From Pseudomonadota bacterium (GTDB lineage Bacteria; Desulfobacterota; Desulfobacteria; Desulfobacterales; JBDRRP01): DNA of 20,563 nt. The stretch spans positions 62,001 through 82,563 of the forward strand of contig JBDRRP010000087.1 in the NCBI GenBank assembly GCA_043825735.1, read 5' to 3'. The position numbers and the translations under genes are program-made. The notes beneath the pieces are model-generated. The model was given only the letters and a program-made list of their open reading frames with translations, ran no database searches and was not told the origin of the DNA. Below are positions 1-8,169 of the stretch, piece after piece; the stretch's first letter is position 1, and each line of letters begins with the position of its first letter.

Positions 1-2
1 TC

Positions 3-1517
3 TACTATCGGATCATCGGCGGGTTCTATCCGCTCGTGTCCATCGGCATCATTTCCTTTGCCGCAGTGACCCAGTTCGCACCGGCCGTCATTCTGGGAAT
101 ATTCTGGAAGCAAGGAACCCGTGCCGGCGCCACGTGGGGCCTCGTGGCGGGGTTTTCGGTATGGTGCTACACCCTTGCCCTGCCGACCCTTGCGCAAGCC
201 GGATTTGTGGGTCACGGCTTCATGACCGATGGGGCCTTCGGCTTGCACTGGCTCAAGCCCTATTCCCTCTTCGGAATGACAGGTATGGGGGAAGTCACTC
301 ACGGGGTGTTCTGGAGCATGGTATCCAACATGGGGACATACATCGGCGTTTCCCTGTTCACCCGACCCTCCATGATCGAACGGTCCCAAGCCGTTCTTTT
401 CGTGGACGTAATGATCCTTCAGGGCGGTCCAGACGGATCGCCCGTAAGACCTGGGGTTGCCTCGGTGCACGACCTCAGGCGGCTTTTGGAGCGATTTCTC
501 GGCAGGAAACGCACCTCCGAGGCATTTGCCGCCTTTGCCAATGGCCGCGACATCAACTGGGACATACAACAGGATGCCGGATCCGATCTGGTCGATTACA
601 TGGAAAAACTGCTGGCCGGCGCCATCGGTTCGGCATCGGCCCATGTGCTGGTGGGTTCGGTGGTCAAGGAAGCCCCGCTGGGACTCGACGACGTCATGCA
701 CATGCTCGATGAAACCCGGCAGTTCATCAGTTACAGCCGTGAACTTGAAAAAGCCACGGCAGAACTTCAGGCTGCCAATTTACGTCTGAAGGAACTGGAC
801 CGGTTGAAGGACGAGTTCGTTTCCACGGTGACCCACGAGCTGCGCACGCCGCTCACCTCCATCCGCTCCCTGGCCGAAATCATCCATGACACCCCGGATT
901 TGGAAACTGATCGCAGCAAGCGGTTTTCTGCGATCATCATCAAGGAAAGTGAGCGTCTTACGCGGCTGATCACTCAGATGCTAGATGTCCAGAAGATCGA
1001 ATCCGGCAGAATGACATGGAAAATCAGCCAGATGAGACCGAACGACATGGTCCGCGACGCCTTGGCGGCAACCCGCCAGCTCATAGACGACAAAGGCATC
1101 ACCCTGGAATTAGATGTGCCCGACGGGCTGCCGAACATCACCGGTGACAGCGACCGGCTCATTCAGGTCATGGTGAACCTGATCTACAATGCCGTCAAAT
1201 TCTGCCCGGAAAACACCGGCTGGATCCGCATCCGTATACGTCGGGAGAACGACATGATGCGGGTGGATGTTACCGACAACGGCATCGGGATCCCTGCAGC
1301 GTATCATCAGCAGATTTTTGAAAAATTTTATCAGGTCACTGACGACAACCGTGGACGCCCCATGGGATCCGGTCTGGGGCTCAGCATCACCCGCAGTATC
1401 ATCGATTTTCACAAAGGACGCATCTGGGTAGACAGTTCCCCGGGCCAGGGCGCCACCTTCTCTTTTGTGCTCCCCCTCAAATTGTCACCGGACACACAAA
1501 ACCCCTACGGTGTATAA
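3..1517 (+). CDS. CrbS/CbrA-like Na+/solute symporter (SLC5)-STAC-histidine kinase, 5'-truncated by the window edge
   Basis: The frame is open from nt 3 (YYRIIGGFYPLVSIGIISFAAVTQFAPA). It encodes C-terminal symporter TM helices, a STAC-like segment (LLERFLG...EKLLAGAIGSASA), H-box THELRTPLTSIR (His codon 834-836), N-box NLIYNAVKF, DNGIGI and GSGLGL. No PAS or receiver domain follows STAC. Confidence 0.92.
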   Translation, partial: YYRIIGGFYPLVSIGIISFAAVTQFAPAVILGIFWKQGTRAGATWGLVAGFSVWCYTLALPTLAQAGFVGHGFMTDGAFGLHWLKPYSLFGMTGMGEVTHGVFWSMVSNMGTYIGVSLFTRPSMIERSQAVLFVDVMILQGGPDGSPVRPGVASVHDLRRLLERFLGRKRTSEAFAAFANGRDINWDIQQDAGSDLVDYMEKLLAGAIGSASAHVLVGSVVKEAPLGLDDVMHMLDETRQFISYSRELEKATAELQAANLRLKELDRLKDEFVSTVTHELRTPLTSIRSLAEIIHDTPDLETDRSKRFSAIIIKESERLTRLITQMLDVQKIESGRMTWKISQMRPNDMVRDALAATRQLIDDKGITLELDVPDGLPNITGDSDRLIQVMVNLIYNAVKFCPENTGWIRIRIRRENDMMRVDVTDNGIGIPAAYHQQIFEKFYQVTDDNRGRPMGSGLGLSITRSIIDFHKGRIWVDSSPGQGATFSFVLPLKLSPDTQNPYGV

Positions 1518-1568
1518 ACGAACCTGTGTGAGCATGGCGAGTCGCCATGCTCACGCAGGCTCGTTTAT
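1514..1568. terminator. Long hairpin between convergent genes, probably a bidirectional terminator
   Basis: 27-bp arms ataaacgaacctgtgtgagcatggcga / tcgccatgctcacgcaggctcgtttat with 2 mismatches and A/T-rich ends. It overlaps the kinase stop codon. Confidence 0.75.
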
Positions 1569-1573
1569 TTAGA

Positions 1574-1720
1574 TAGTGTCCATCCAGAAATGGTAGATTT
1601 TGGTTCAGAGCAAGGCTTGAGCATTTTCGAAACCGGAGGAATAGCCTGCTATTTCGAGGATTTCGAAAAATGCGAAAACGCAGCTCTGGGCCAAAAGATG
1701 CCGTTTATGGATGGACACTA
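1574..1720. mobile_element. MITE-like non-autonomous element, 147 bp including terminal TA
   Basis: 38-bp imperfect terminal inverted repeats (tagtgtccatccagaaatggtagattttggttcagagc versus the reverse complement of 1683-1720), outer 13 bp perfect, 7 mismatches in total. TA lies at both ends. Nested internal inverted repeats: gcattttcgaaa / tttcgaaaaatgc and aatagc / gctatt. Confidence 0.8.
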
Positions 1721-2370
1721 AATAGGATAGATGCCGGCAGGCACTGTTTATCCGGGGCAAAGCCGGCGTGAAAGGCTTCTCTGGCGGCGGGGAAGGGGCG
1801 GCGGTTTTTAGTTGAGATTTTTTTACCGTAGGGGCAGTCGCGGTGATGAAAACGCCGGGAGTTACTGTTTCCCATCACCGCGCCGATGTCGCTCGATAGC
1901 ATCGACCACAGTCCGCGCCGGGCCGCCATAGCCTTTCGCTGGGCAGCCAGCAGCCTGTCGGCGTATCGATCGTTGGGCTTCAGAGGCAGGCAGTAGGCCA
2001 GCCCTTCGGCCGCCAACGTTTCGTTGAGCATCTGTCCCCGCTGGTCGTATACGTACGCCAGGGTTCTGCCGTATCGGTCGCTGAGGGTTCGGTCGAATTC
2101 GAGGCGGAGCGGGTAGCCGCCGATCAACTGCTGGTTTCTTTCTCGAGCGGTTTGGCCCAGAGGCTCACCCGGATGATCTTTTGTAGCCACTTCAGGGGTG
2201 TTGATGCCGATGTAGCGGATCCAGCGCCCATCGGCGAGCAGCACCGTATCGCCGTCGGCCACCCAATTTACCTGAAAAGGCCCGCCACCGTCGCCCGCCG
2301 ACACGATTGCGGCCAGTACGACCATGACCCCGAGCACCGCCCACAGTGCCGGTCGCCGGTCCGGTGTCAC
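1705..2370 (-). CDS. Thermonuclease (SNase-like) with N-terminal membrane anchor/signal and C-terminal Ada-type metal-binding-like domain, about 221 aa
   Basis: Motifs VADGDT, IRYIGINTPE, DRYGRTLAYV, AQRKAMAARRGLW, and C-terminal GNSNSRRFHHRDC...GFAPDKQCLP. GTG start at 2370 overlaps the upstream TGA (GTGA). Confidence 0.88.
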   Translation of the reverse strand: MTPDRRPALWAVLGVMVVLAAIVSAGDGGGPFQVNWVADGDTVLLADGRWIRYIGINTPEVATKDHPGEPLGQTARERNQQLIGGYPLRLEFDRTLSDRYGRTLAYVYDQRGQMLNETLAAEGLAYCLPLKPNDRYADRLLAAQRKAMAARRGLWSMLSSDIGAVMGNSNSRRFHHRDCPYGKKISTKNRRPFPAAREAFHAGFAPDKQCLPASILFSVHP

Positions 2371-3467
2371 TGGGTCACGCCGCAGACCCGACGCACGCTG
2401 TCGTCCAGCATGGCGGGCAGTCCGCCCTTTTCGGCCGGCGTGAATCCCATAGACCGCTGCCAGACCTCGTCGTCTTCCATGCAAAAATAGGTGGTTACTC
2501 CCGGGGCCCGTTTGCGAATCGCCTCGGCAACCTGGCGAAAGAGAGCGATGCGTTGAGGTTTGAAGTAGCGCATCTTGCCGTCCAGTCCCGGAACGAACTC
2601 TCCTGCGCAGGTGATATCGGAATTCGGGAAACGCCTTTCCAGGATCGCCTTGAGATCGGGCATAAACCGGAAGGTGCCCAGACTGATCCAGACCACATTG
2701 TCGGGGCGTACTACCTGGAACAGCCGATCGACCACCTCGGTGTAGGCACCGGCGCATCCGTCATAGATCATCATGGGATCGAAATGAAAGGCCAGTGGGT
2801 ACCCCCACTCCTGGCATCGCCCGGCAGCCGTCAGTCTGGCCGTCAGACTGGCCGTGCGGCGCTCCTGCTTCCGGATCACCGTTTCCGTGTTGAGGGACCA
2901 GGAAACGATGGTGCGACGACGATGCCGGAGAGGCTGGAGGCGGTCTACAGCCACGGTTTTGGTCTTGAGTTCCAGCACGCTGGTATTCTGGGCGGCGAAT
3001 GCCGTCACCAGAACGCCGGACAGGTCCGTCCACAAATCCCAGATAAGGCTGTCTGTGAACTCACCGGTGCCGATGCGTGAAAGCCGGCCTTCGCTGAAAT
3101 GGGCCCTCAACTCGGTCAGCAGATCATCGTGGTTGAGAAAAAACTGCATGATCGGCGGGCGAAAATAGGCCTGGAGAATGCAATAGGCACAATCCAAGGA
3201 ACAGAACGAGCCGATATGCAGGATCCGGTAGTCGCAGCAGGTGTAGTTCCGGGTACCGGGGCATGGTTTCAAAAAGGCCCCGGAGTTGCGGGTGAGCAGC
3301 AGCATGTTCTTGGCGGCCCCGATGGGGTCCGGCGCGGACTGAATGGCCGCAGCGATGTCGGCAAGGGTGCCCGGCAGCACTTCAGTGGCGCCGAACCGCG
3401 CCGGGATCTCCCGGGTCAGCGGATGCCCGGCAACGGCCGGATCTATGAAGACAGTTTTTTGAATCAT
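2367..3467 (-). CDS. Spore photoproduct lyase-like radical SAM protein
   Basis: CxxxCxxC motif CSLDCAYC, plus SPL-family-like segments GTGEFTDS, LELKTK, SWSLN, HFDPM and YFCME. Confidence 0.85.
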   Translation of the reverse strand: MIQKTVFIDPAVAGHPLTREIPARFGATEVLPGTLADIAAAIQSAPDPIGAAKNMLLLTRNSGAFLKPCPGTRNYTCCDYRILHIGSFCSLDCAYCILQAYFRPPIMQFFLNHDDLLTELRAHFSEGRLSRIGTGEFTDSLIWDLWTDLSGVLVTAFAAQNTSVLELKTKTVAVDRLQPLRHRRRTIVSWSLNTETVIRKQERRTASLTARLTAAGRCQEWGYPLAFHFDPMMIYDGCAGAYTEVVDRLFQVVRPDNVVWISLGTFRFMPDLKAILERRFPNSDITCAGEFVPGLDGKMRYFKPQRIALFRQVAEAIRKRAPGVTTYFCMEDDEVWQRSMGFTPAEKGGLPAMLDDSVRRVCGVTQ

Positions 3468-3483
3468 GGCAAAACCGATGAAA

Positions 3484-3582
3484 CCGTAAAAAGTGATTTT
3501 GAACCACAGAGACCGCAGCGGAACACAGAGAATATGATGAATAATTAATAGGTTATCTCTGTGCCCTCAGCGCCTCTGCGGT
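3484..3582. repeat. REP-like imperfect palindrome built of CACAGAG/CGCAGAG units with an AT-rich spacer
   Basis: accacagagaccgcagcggaacacagag (from 3503) ... ctctgtgccctcagcgcctctgcggt (to 3582), preceded by ccgtaaaaagt at 3484-3494. Confidence 0.7.
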
Positions 3583-3593
3583 GCGCAGTGTTG

Positions 3594-5954
3594 TCAAGGA
3601 ATTCCGATGAAGTCAAAGGACAATTTGACCTGGTATTTTTCGATACGTTTGAAAATTTCCTTCAGCAGGGTCTGTTCGATACGGGAAAGTTTTTTGGGAT
3701 TGACGTAGTTATTGGGCGCCACGTGTTCGTCGGTGATGGCATTGATCTGGCGGACGAAGCGCTGCTGCATGAGAAACCCGTAAGCTTGTTCCAACTCGTG
3801 GTACTCCTCCCAGGTCAGCACTTCCATGAGGTAGAGCCGATGGAGGCGCTCCAGGGTATTGGTCTCGCTGACACCGTGGTGGATGGCGTAGATTCGGGCG
3901 AAATCGATCACCGGCATCATGGCACCCTTGATGTCGAAGGCATCCCGGTGCTCGCCCTTGGACTCCACGACGAAGTTGCGGAAAAAGCCCAGCGGCGGTT
4001 TGAAGCAAAGGGCATTTTCCGTCAGGTGACGGAAAAATCCGCTCCAGCCTGAAGTGGTCACAAACAGGTGCTTGCGCAGCGCGTCGATGAGTCCCACATC
4101 TCCATAGGCACCGCGAAAGTCGAAAAAGATACTGGCGTGAAGCAGATCTTCGGCTTCGGCGCTGCGAATCCACATCGTGAACTGCTTTTTCCACGCCGAC
4201 AGAGGCTGGCACCACTTGGGATTTTTGGCCATGATGCCGCCCTGGCAGAAGGCATACCCGGCGCTGTCGAGCCATGTGCAGATGCGCTCGCCCAGCCTGA
4301 GAAAATAGCCGGTGACCGCTTCAAGCGCTTCAGGGGCGACATCCTTGAAAATAATGGCGTTATCCTGATCGGTTTTGAGCGTCTGCTCCTTGCGTCCTTC
4401 ACTGCCCAGGATCATGAAAACAAAATCCGTCGGCGGAGGACCTTCCGCGATTACCGCGAATTGGACGATGCGATCGAGAATGGCGTCCGAGATGGTAGTG
4501 ATCAGTCGGGTAACATTGTTTGCCTTGGCCCCGGCATTGATGAGTCCTTTGATTATGGCCGGCAACTGCTGGTGTTTGTCAAAAAGGACCTCGGGAGTCC
4601 CCGCCAGATGGATTTCCCGCAGCAGGAACAGGGGGGACTGGCCCTGGGCCATGAGCAGGTCGTGATTGGTGAGCATCCCCACCACATGGTCGCCTTCCCC
4701 GGTAACCGCAAGGTGCTTGATTCCCGATTGCATCATGGTCATCATGGCCTCGAATACCGTGGCCGCAGCCGGCATCGACGCCACCGGACTGCTCATGACA
4801 TGGGCCACCGGCAATGAGATATCCGTCCCTGCGGCGATGACCTTTTTCCGCAGATCGTTATCGGTGACGATGCCGGCGATGGCGCCGTCGTCGGTGGTCA
4901 CGAAAATCGAACTGCATCGATGCCGGCTCATTTTTACGGCCGCGTCCTGGATGCTTTCATGGTGCGGGCACTTGAGAATATTGGTCGTATAAATAGAGGA
5001 GATCTGCTGGTTGAGCAGTGGCAGCCCGGTGTCGCGGGGGCGATGGCTCTGGGCGATAATGGCCGCATAGGAGCGGTCAAGCATGCGCTTTCCGAATGTG
5101 TCGGTGAAAAACTCTGAAAAGGTGGCATTGGATTGGCAGACGGCGCGAAATGTTTGGCCGGCAACCAGGTAAAATGTGGTTTCTTCAACCGTACGCAGGG
5201 TTCGAACGGCCACGCCGTTGTTCACGAGCATGGAAATGCCGCCGAACAGGTCCCCTTCGCCGGCGAGCGCCAGCAGGGTCTTTCGACCGTCCTCTTCGTA
5301 GTAGCGTTCAGCTGCCCCCTTATAGACGACGTGAAGGTTTTCGACCCGGGAACGGTCCTGGATGAAGAGGACCGTCTCTGCCGGATATGTAACCATCTGG
5401 GTGTTTGCGACCACCGCTTCCAGTTCTTCCGGTTTGAGAAGGCTGAATGGTTCCAAGACGGAAAGGAAGGTGGTGATCTGGTTGAGAGCGAGAATGGATG
5501 CGTAGGATTCATTGAGCATCCGGCGGCTGAAGGTTTCAACGAAATATTCACGAAACTTCACGTACCGCGTGCACAAGTCGGTGAAGGCGTCCGTCGGAAG
5601 AAAGAAAAATGCGCAATCGGTCTGCGCTTTTGCCGTGCGCACGCTGATACCCTGATTCATGAGAATGGAGATCCCGCCGAAGATGTCCCCGGGGCCCAGG
5701 ATGCCGCTGAGCTGTTTTTCCTCCTTTTTGTCGTAAAACAGCTCAAGGGAGCCATTCCGGATCAGGTAGACGCCTTCCAGACGGGTCCGGCCTTGCACGG
5801 CGAAAATGGTTCCTGCAGAAATCAGTTTTTCAGTCAGCCGCTCCGACAGGCTGCGTGCGTCCTTGGACGACAGGAGGGAATACGGATGTTGCTGGAGGAA
5901 ATCGTCGAGTGATAACAAAAGCGACCTCGCGTCGTTCGGGGCCAATATTGGCAC
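3594..5954 (-). CDS. DUF294 nucleotidyltransferase-like protein: 2x cNMP-binding-like, CBS pair, DUF294, DUF294_C
   Basis: Two similar N-terminal repeats (GDIFGGISILMN / GDLFGGISMLVN), CBS motifs (GIVTDNDLR, VMSSPV, GMLTNHDLL), NTase motif LGSEGRKEQTLKTDQDNAI, and DUF294 motifs CQGGIMAKNPKW, IFFDFR and PPLGFF. Confidence 0.9.
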   Translation of the reverse strand: MPILAPNDARSLLLSLDDFLQQHPYSLLSSKDARSLSERLTEKLISAGTIFAVQGRTRLEGVYLIRNGSLELFYDKKEEKQLSGILGPGDIFGGISILMNQGISVRTAKAQTDCAFFFLPTDAFTDLCTRYVKFREYFVETFSRRMLNESYASILALNQITTFLSVLEPFSLLKPEELEAVVANTQMVTYPAETVLFIQDRSRVENLHVVYKGAAERYYEEDGRKTLLALAGEGDLFGGISMLVNNGVAVRTLRTVEETTFYLVAGQTFRAVCQSNATFSEFFTDTFGKRMLDRSYAAIIAQSHRPRDTGLPLLNQQISSIYTTNILKCPHHESIQDAAVKMSRHRCSSIFVTTDDGAIAGIVTDNDLRKKVIAAGTDISLPVAHVMSSPVASMPAAATVFEAMMTMMQSGIKHLAVTGEGDHVVGMLTNHDLLMAQGQSPLFLLREIHLAGTPEVLFDKHQQLPAIIKGLINAGAKANNVTRLITTISDAILDRIVQFAVIAEGPPPTDFVFMILGSEGRKEQTLKTDQDNAIIFKDVAPEALEAVTGYFLRLGERICTWLDSAGYAFCQGGIMAKNPKWCQPLSAWKKQFTMWIRSAEAEDLLHASIFFDFRGAYGDVGLIDALRKHLFVTTSGWSGFFRHLTENALCFKPPLGFFRNFVVESKGEHRDAFDIKGAMMPVIDFARIYAIHHGVSETNTLERLHRLYLMEVLTWEEYHELEQAYGFLMQQRFVRQINAITDEHVAPNNYVNPKKLSRIEQTLLKEIFKRIEKYQVKLSFDFIGIP

Positions 5955-5986
5955 CCCTGTTCGCCCGCCCTGTCGGCGTGGCTCGG

Positions 5987-8167
5987 TTAATATGTCATCC
6001 GCGCAAAGTAAGTTTTTTGGGACGCGCGCCGAGCTTCCATCAATGAACGGATGCCCTGTTGTTTAAGCAGCGGAATGAGTTTTAGAAACACTTCCGCAGT
6101 CGTGATGGCGTCTCCCAGAGCCGTGTGTCGTCCTTCCACGGTGACACCCAGCCGTACCGCAATGGTTTCCAGTGAGTGGTCTTTTTGGCTCGGATGGACC
6201 ACCGCAGAGAGCAGCATGGTATCCAGCACCGGGTTGATGAAATAAATGCCGGAGGAAGCCTCCTTCATCTGGAGCATGCGCATGTCAAAAGCGGCGTTGT
6301 GTGCCACCAGTACCGTGTCGGCCGCAAACCGATGGAACTGTGCGAGCACCCGGTCCACTGTGGGTTTTCCCGCCACCATGTCCTGGTTTATGCCATGAAA
6401 TTTCACCGACTCCCAGGGAATCTGTCGCTGGGGGTCCACCAATTGATCGAAGGACTCCTCCCGCAGCAGGCGCTGGTTGACGATGCGTACGGCGCCGATG
6501 GAAATGATCTCATCACCGCCGCGGGGATCCAAACCGGTGGTTTCGGTATCAAAGACCGTGACCGTCAGTGCCTCCAGGGGCTGGCTGTCTGTACTCGGCA
6601 ACTGCCCGGGTTGGTTAAATAGATCGAAATCATAAAATTCCGGTCGGCTGGTGGTCAGTACTGCGGCGCTTCGTTTCTGGTTCTCTTCCGGAGGCGGCGC
6701 CAGTGTGGGCAAAAGTATCCGGAGTCCGGTGCAGGAAGGATCGCTGCATGACGGTTTACAGGGGATCAGTTCTCCGTCGTGGCGCTCAATGACCTGTCCC
6801 AGGGTCATTGGCAACCGGGTGTCATCCGTCCTCACCGATGCATTCTGCCACTTCTGAAGGCGTTCCATGGATACCGCAGTACCAACCCATACCAGGTCCA
6901 CATGTACAAAACGATCTTCAATCCGTCCCCGGACCGAAATCCGTGTAATGCCGTCGTGTTCGACGATCCGGGATATGATGAATCCCAGGGCCGTCAGCAG
7001 CAGGTAGCTGTCGGCTTTTACCCACAAAGCGTCTCCGACCGGAGGCATGTCCACCATGCATGCGGTGGCGCCGGTGGCACAACGTTGCTTCAATGCATGG
7101 AACAAATCGTCAAGCCTGACGGGGGTGAGCGGCCAACTACTGCGGGTTGCGGCTGGCAGTTGGGCTGCGGATTCGTCGAGAATACCGCTGAGAATAACGG
7201 CCTCGTCGCGAATGATAGTGCGCAGCCGGGTACGGCGCAGGTTGTCCATGTCCGGAAAAGCGACCATGAATTCGATGGCCGAGCGGATGCCGGCCAGAGA
7301 TGCCCGGGCCTTGGTGATCAGATGTTCCAGGAGGCGGGACATGCGATACCGGCTTTCCATTCGTTCCGTCACGTCTTCGAACATCAGGATGTAGCCGTTG
7401 AATTCACCGTGAGCATCGAATACCGGCACCATTTCGCTCTGGATGAGCCGCCCATTTTTTCCGGGCGTCACGAAGTGGCAGGCCGCACCGGTATCGTTTC
7501 GAGCCACATTGCGCCGTATGTCCTCCATTGCAAATCGGATCAGGGCGCCGTCCACTATGCCCATGATGGAACGTCCCAGTCCTAAAAAATGCTCGGTGCC
7601 AGCGCCGGTCGGGTCCGGCGGCTCAGGGCCGTCACCGTCTTCAAACAGACGCTTGGCCTGTCGGTTGTAGAGAATGATCCGATGGTCCATGTTGCAGACG
7701 ATCACACCCTGCGGCAGTTCAGACACCATGGCGGCCAGGATGGTTTTTTCCCGCTCACTCTCATCACGCGCCGTTGCTACCTGAGCGGATACCTGATCGT
7801 GGATGCTTTCGATACGTCCGGCCATGAGGTTGAACAGGTCGGCGAGTTGCTGGACCGGACGGCTTCCGTCGACCCGAATCCGGTGAGCGGGGTTGGCTGA
7901 TAGGATGATGCGGGTCTCTTCAAGCATCCGGTTCAAGGGCAGGATATAATTGTTAAGCGCCCCGTCAAGGGCAAAACCCACGGCCGCGATGATGAGGATG
8001 GCACCCATGAAGAAATAGGTGGGGTAGTTCTTGACTAGAGAAAGAAGCAGGTCCTTTTCGGAGGGCGTGAGATCCTGCCAGAAGAAAACACCGAGGATAA
8101 TGAATGTGATGGTGGTAATGCAGAGCGCCAGCGCCACAAACCACCAGAATTTGTTTTGGGTCCGCAT
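5987..8167 (-). CDS. Membrane-anchored signalling 3'-5' exonuclease: 2 TM, HAMP-like, PAS, degenerate HisKA/HATPase, DEDDh (DnaQ-like) domain
   Basis: Two N-terminal hydrophobic helices, PAS start LPQGVIVCN...YNRQA, and intact Exo I VFDTETTG, Exo II AHNAAFD and Exo III HTALGDA. Confidence 0.9.
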   Translation of the reverse strand: MRTQNKFWWFVALALCITTITFIILGVFFWQDLTPSEKDLLLSLVKNYPTYFFMGAILIIAAVGFALDGALNNYILPLNRMLEETRIILSANPAHRIRVDGSRPVQQLADLFNLMAGRIESIHDQVSAQVATARDESEREKTILAAMVSELPQGVIVCNMDHRIILYNRQAKRLFEDGDGPEPPDPTGAGTEHFLGLGRSIMGIVDGALIRFAMEDIRRNVARNDTGAACHFVTPGKNGRLIQSEMVPVFDAHGEFNGYILMFEDVTERMESRYRMSRLLEHLITKARASLAGIRSAIEFMVAFPDMDNLRRTRLRTIIRDEAVILSGILDESAAQLPAATRSSWPLTPVRLDDLFHALKQRCATGATACMVDMPPVGDALWVKADSYLLLTALGFIISRIVEHDGITRISVRGRIEDRFVHVDLVWVGTAVSMERLQKWQNASVRTDDTRLPMTLGQVIERHDGELIPCKPSCSDPSCTGLRILLPTLAPPPEENQKRSAAVLTTSRPEFYDFDLFNQPGQLPSTDSQPLEALTVTVFDTETTGLDPRGGDEIISIGAVRIVNQRLLREESFDQLVDPQRQIPWESVKFHGINQDMVAGKPTVDRVLAQFHRFAADTVLVAHNAAFDMRMLQMKEASSGIYFINPVLDTMLLSAVVHPSQKDHSLETIAVRLGVTVEGRHTALGDAITTAEVFLKLIPLLKQQGIRSLMEARRASQKTYFARMTY

Positions 8168-8169
8168 TA

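Noticed and set aside
2371..2757. N-terminal 129-aa extension of the nuclease ORF in the track (1705..2757)
   Set aside because: It overlaps the SPL-like gene in another frame and has shadow-like composition. The GTGA-coupled start at 2370 puts the signal/anchor at the N-terminus.
3503..3582. CRISPR or tandem array interpretation of the short repeated units here and at 14852-14935
   Set aside because: The units are only 7-9 bp and arranged as inverted arms, with no spacers or cas genes.
5948..5965. Sigma54-like TGGCAC element
   Set aside because: The -12 element reads TTCG rather than TTGC, and it points antisense at a gene junction.
5987..8167. Calling this gene dnaQ (DNA polymerase III epsilon)
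   Set aside because: The membrane anchor, PAS and pseudokinase domains and the acetate context argue against a replisome role; only the DEDDh fold is shared.
1705..8167. CBASS or other anti-phage system (NTase plus nucleases)
   Set aside because: The NTase is GlnD/GlnE-like DUF294 with CBS domains, not a CD-NTase. There is no CARF, SAVED or patatin effector, and the context is metabolic.
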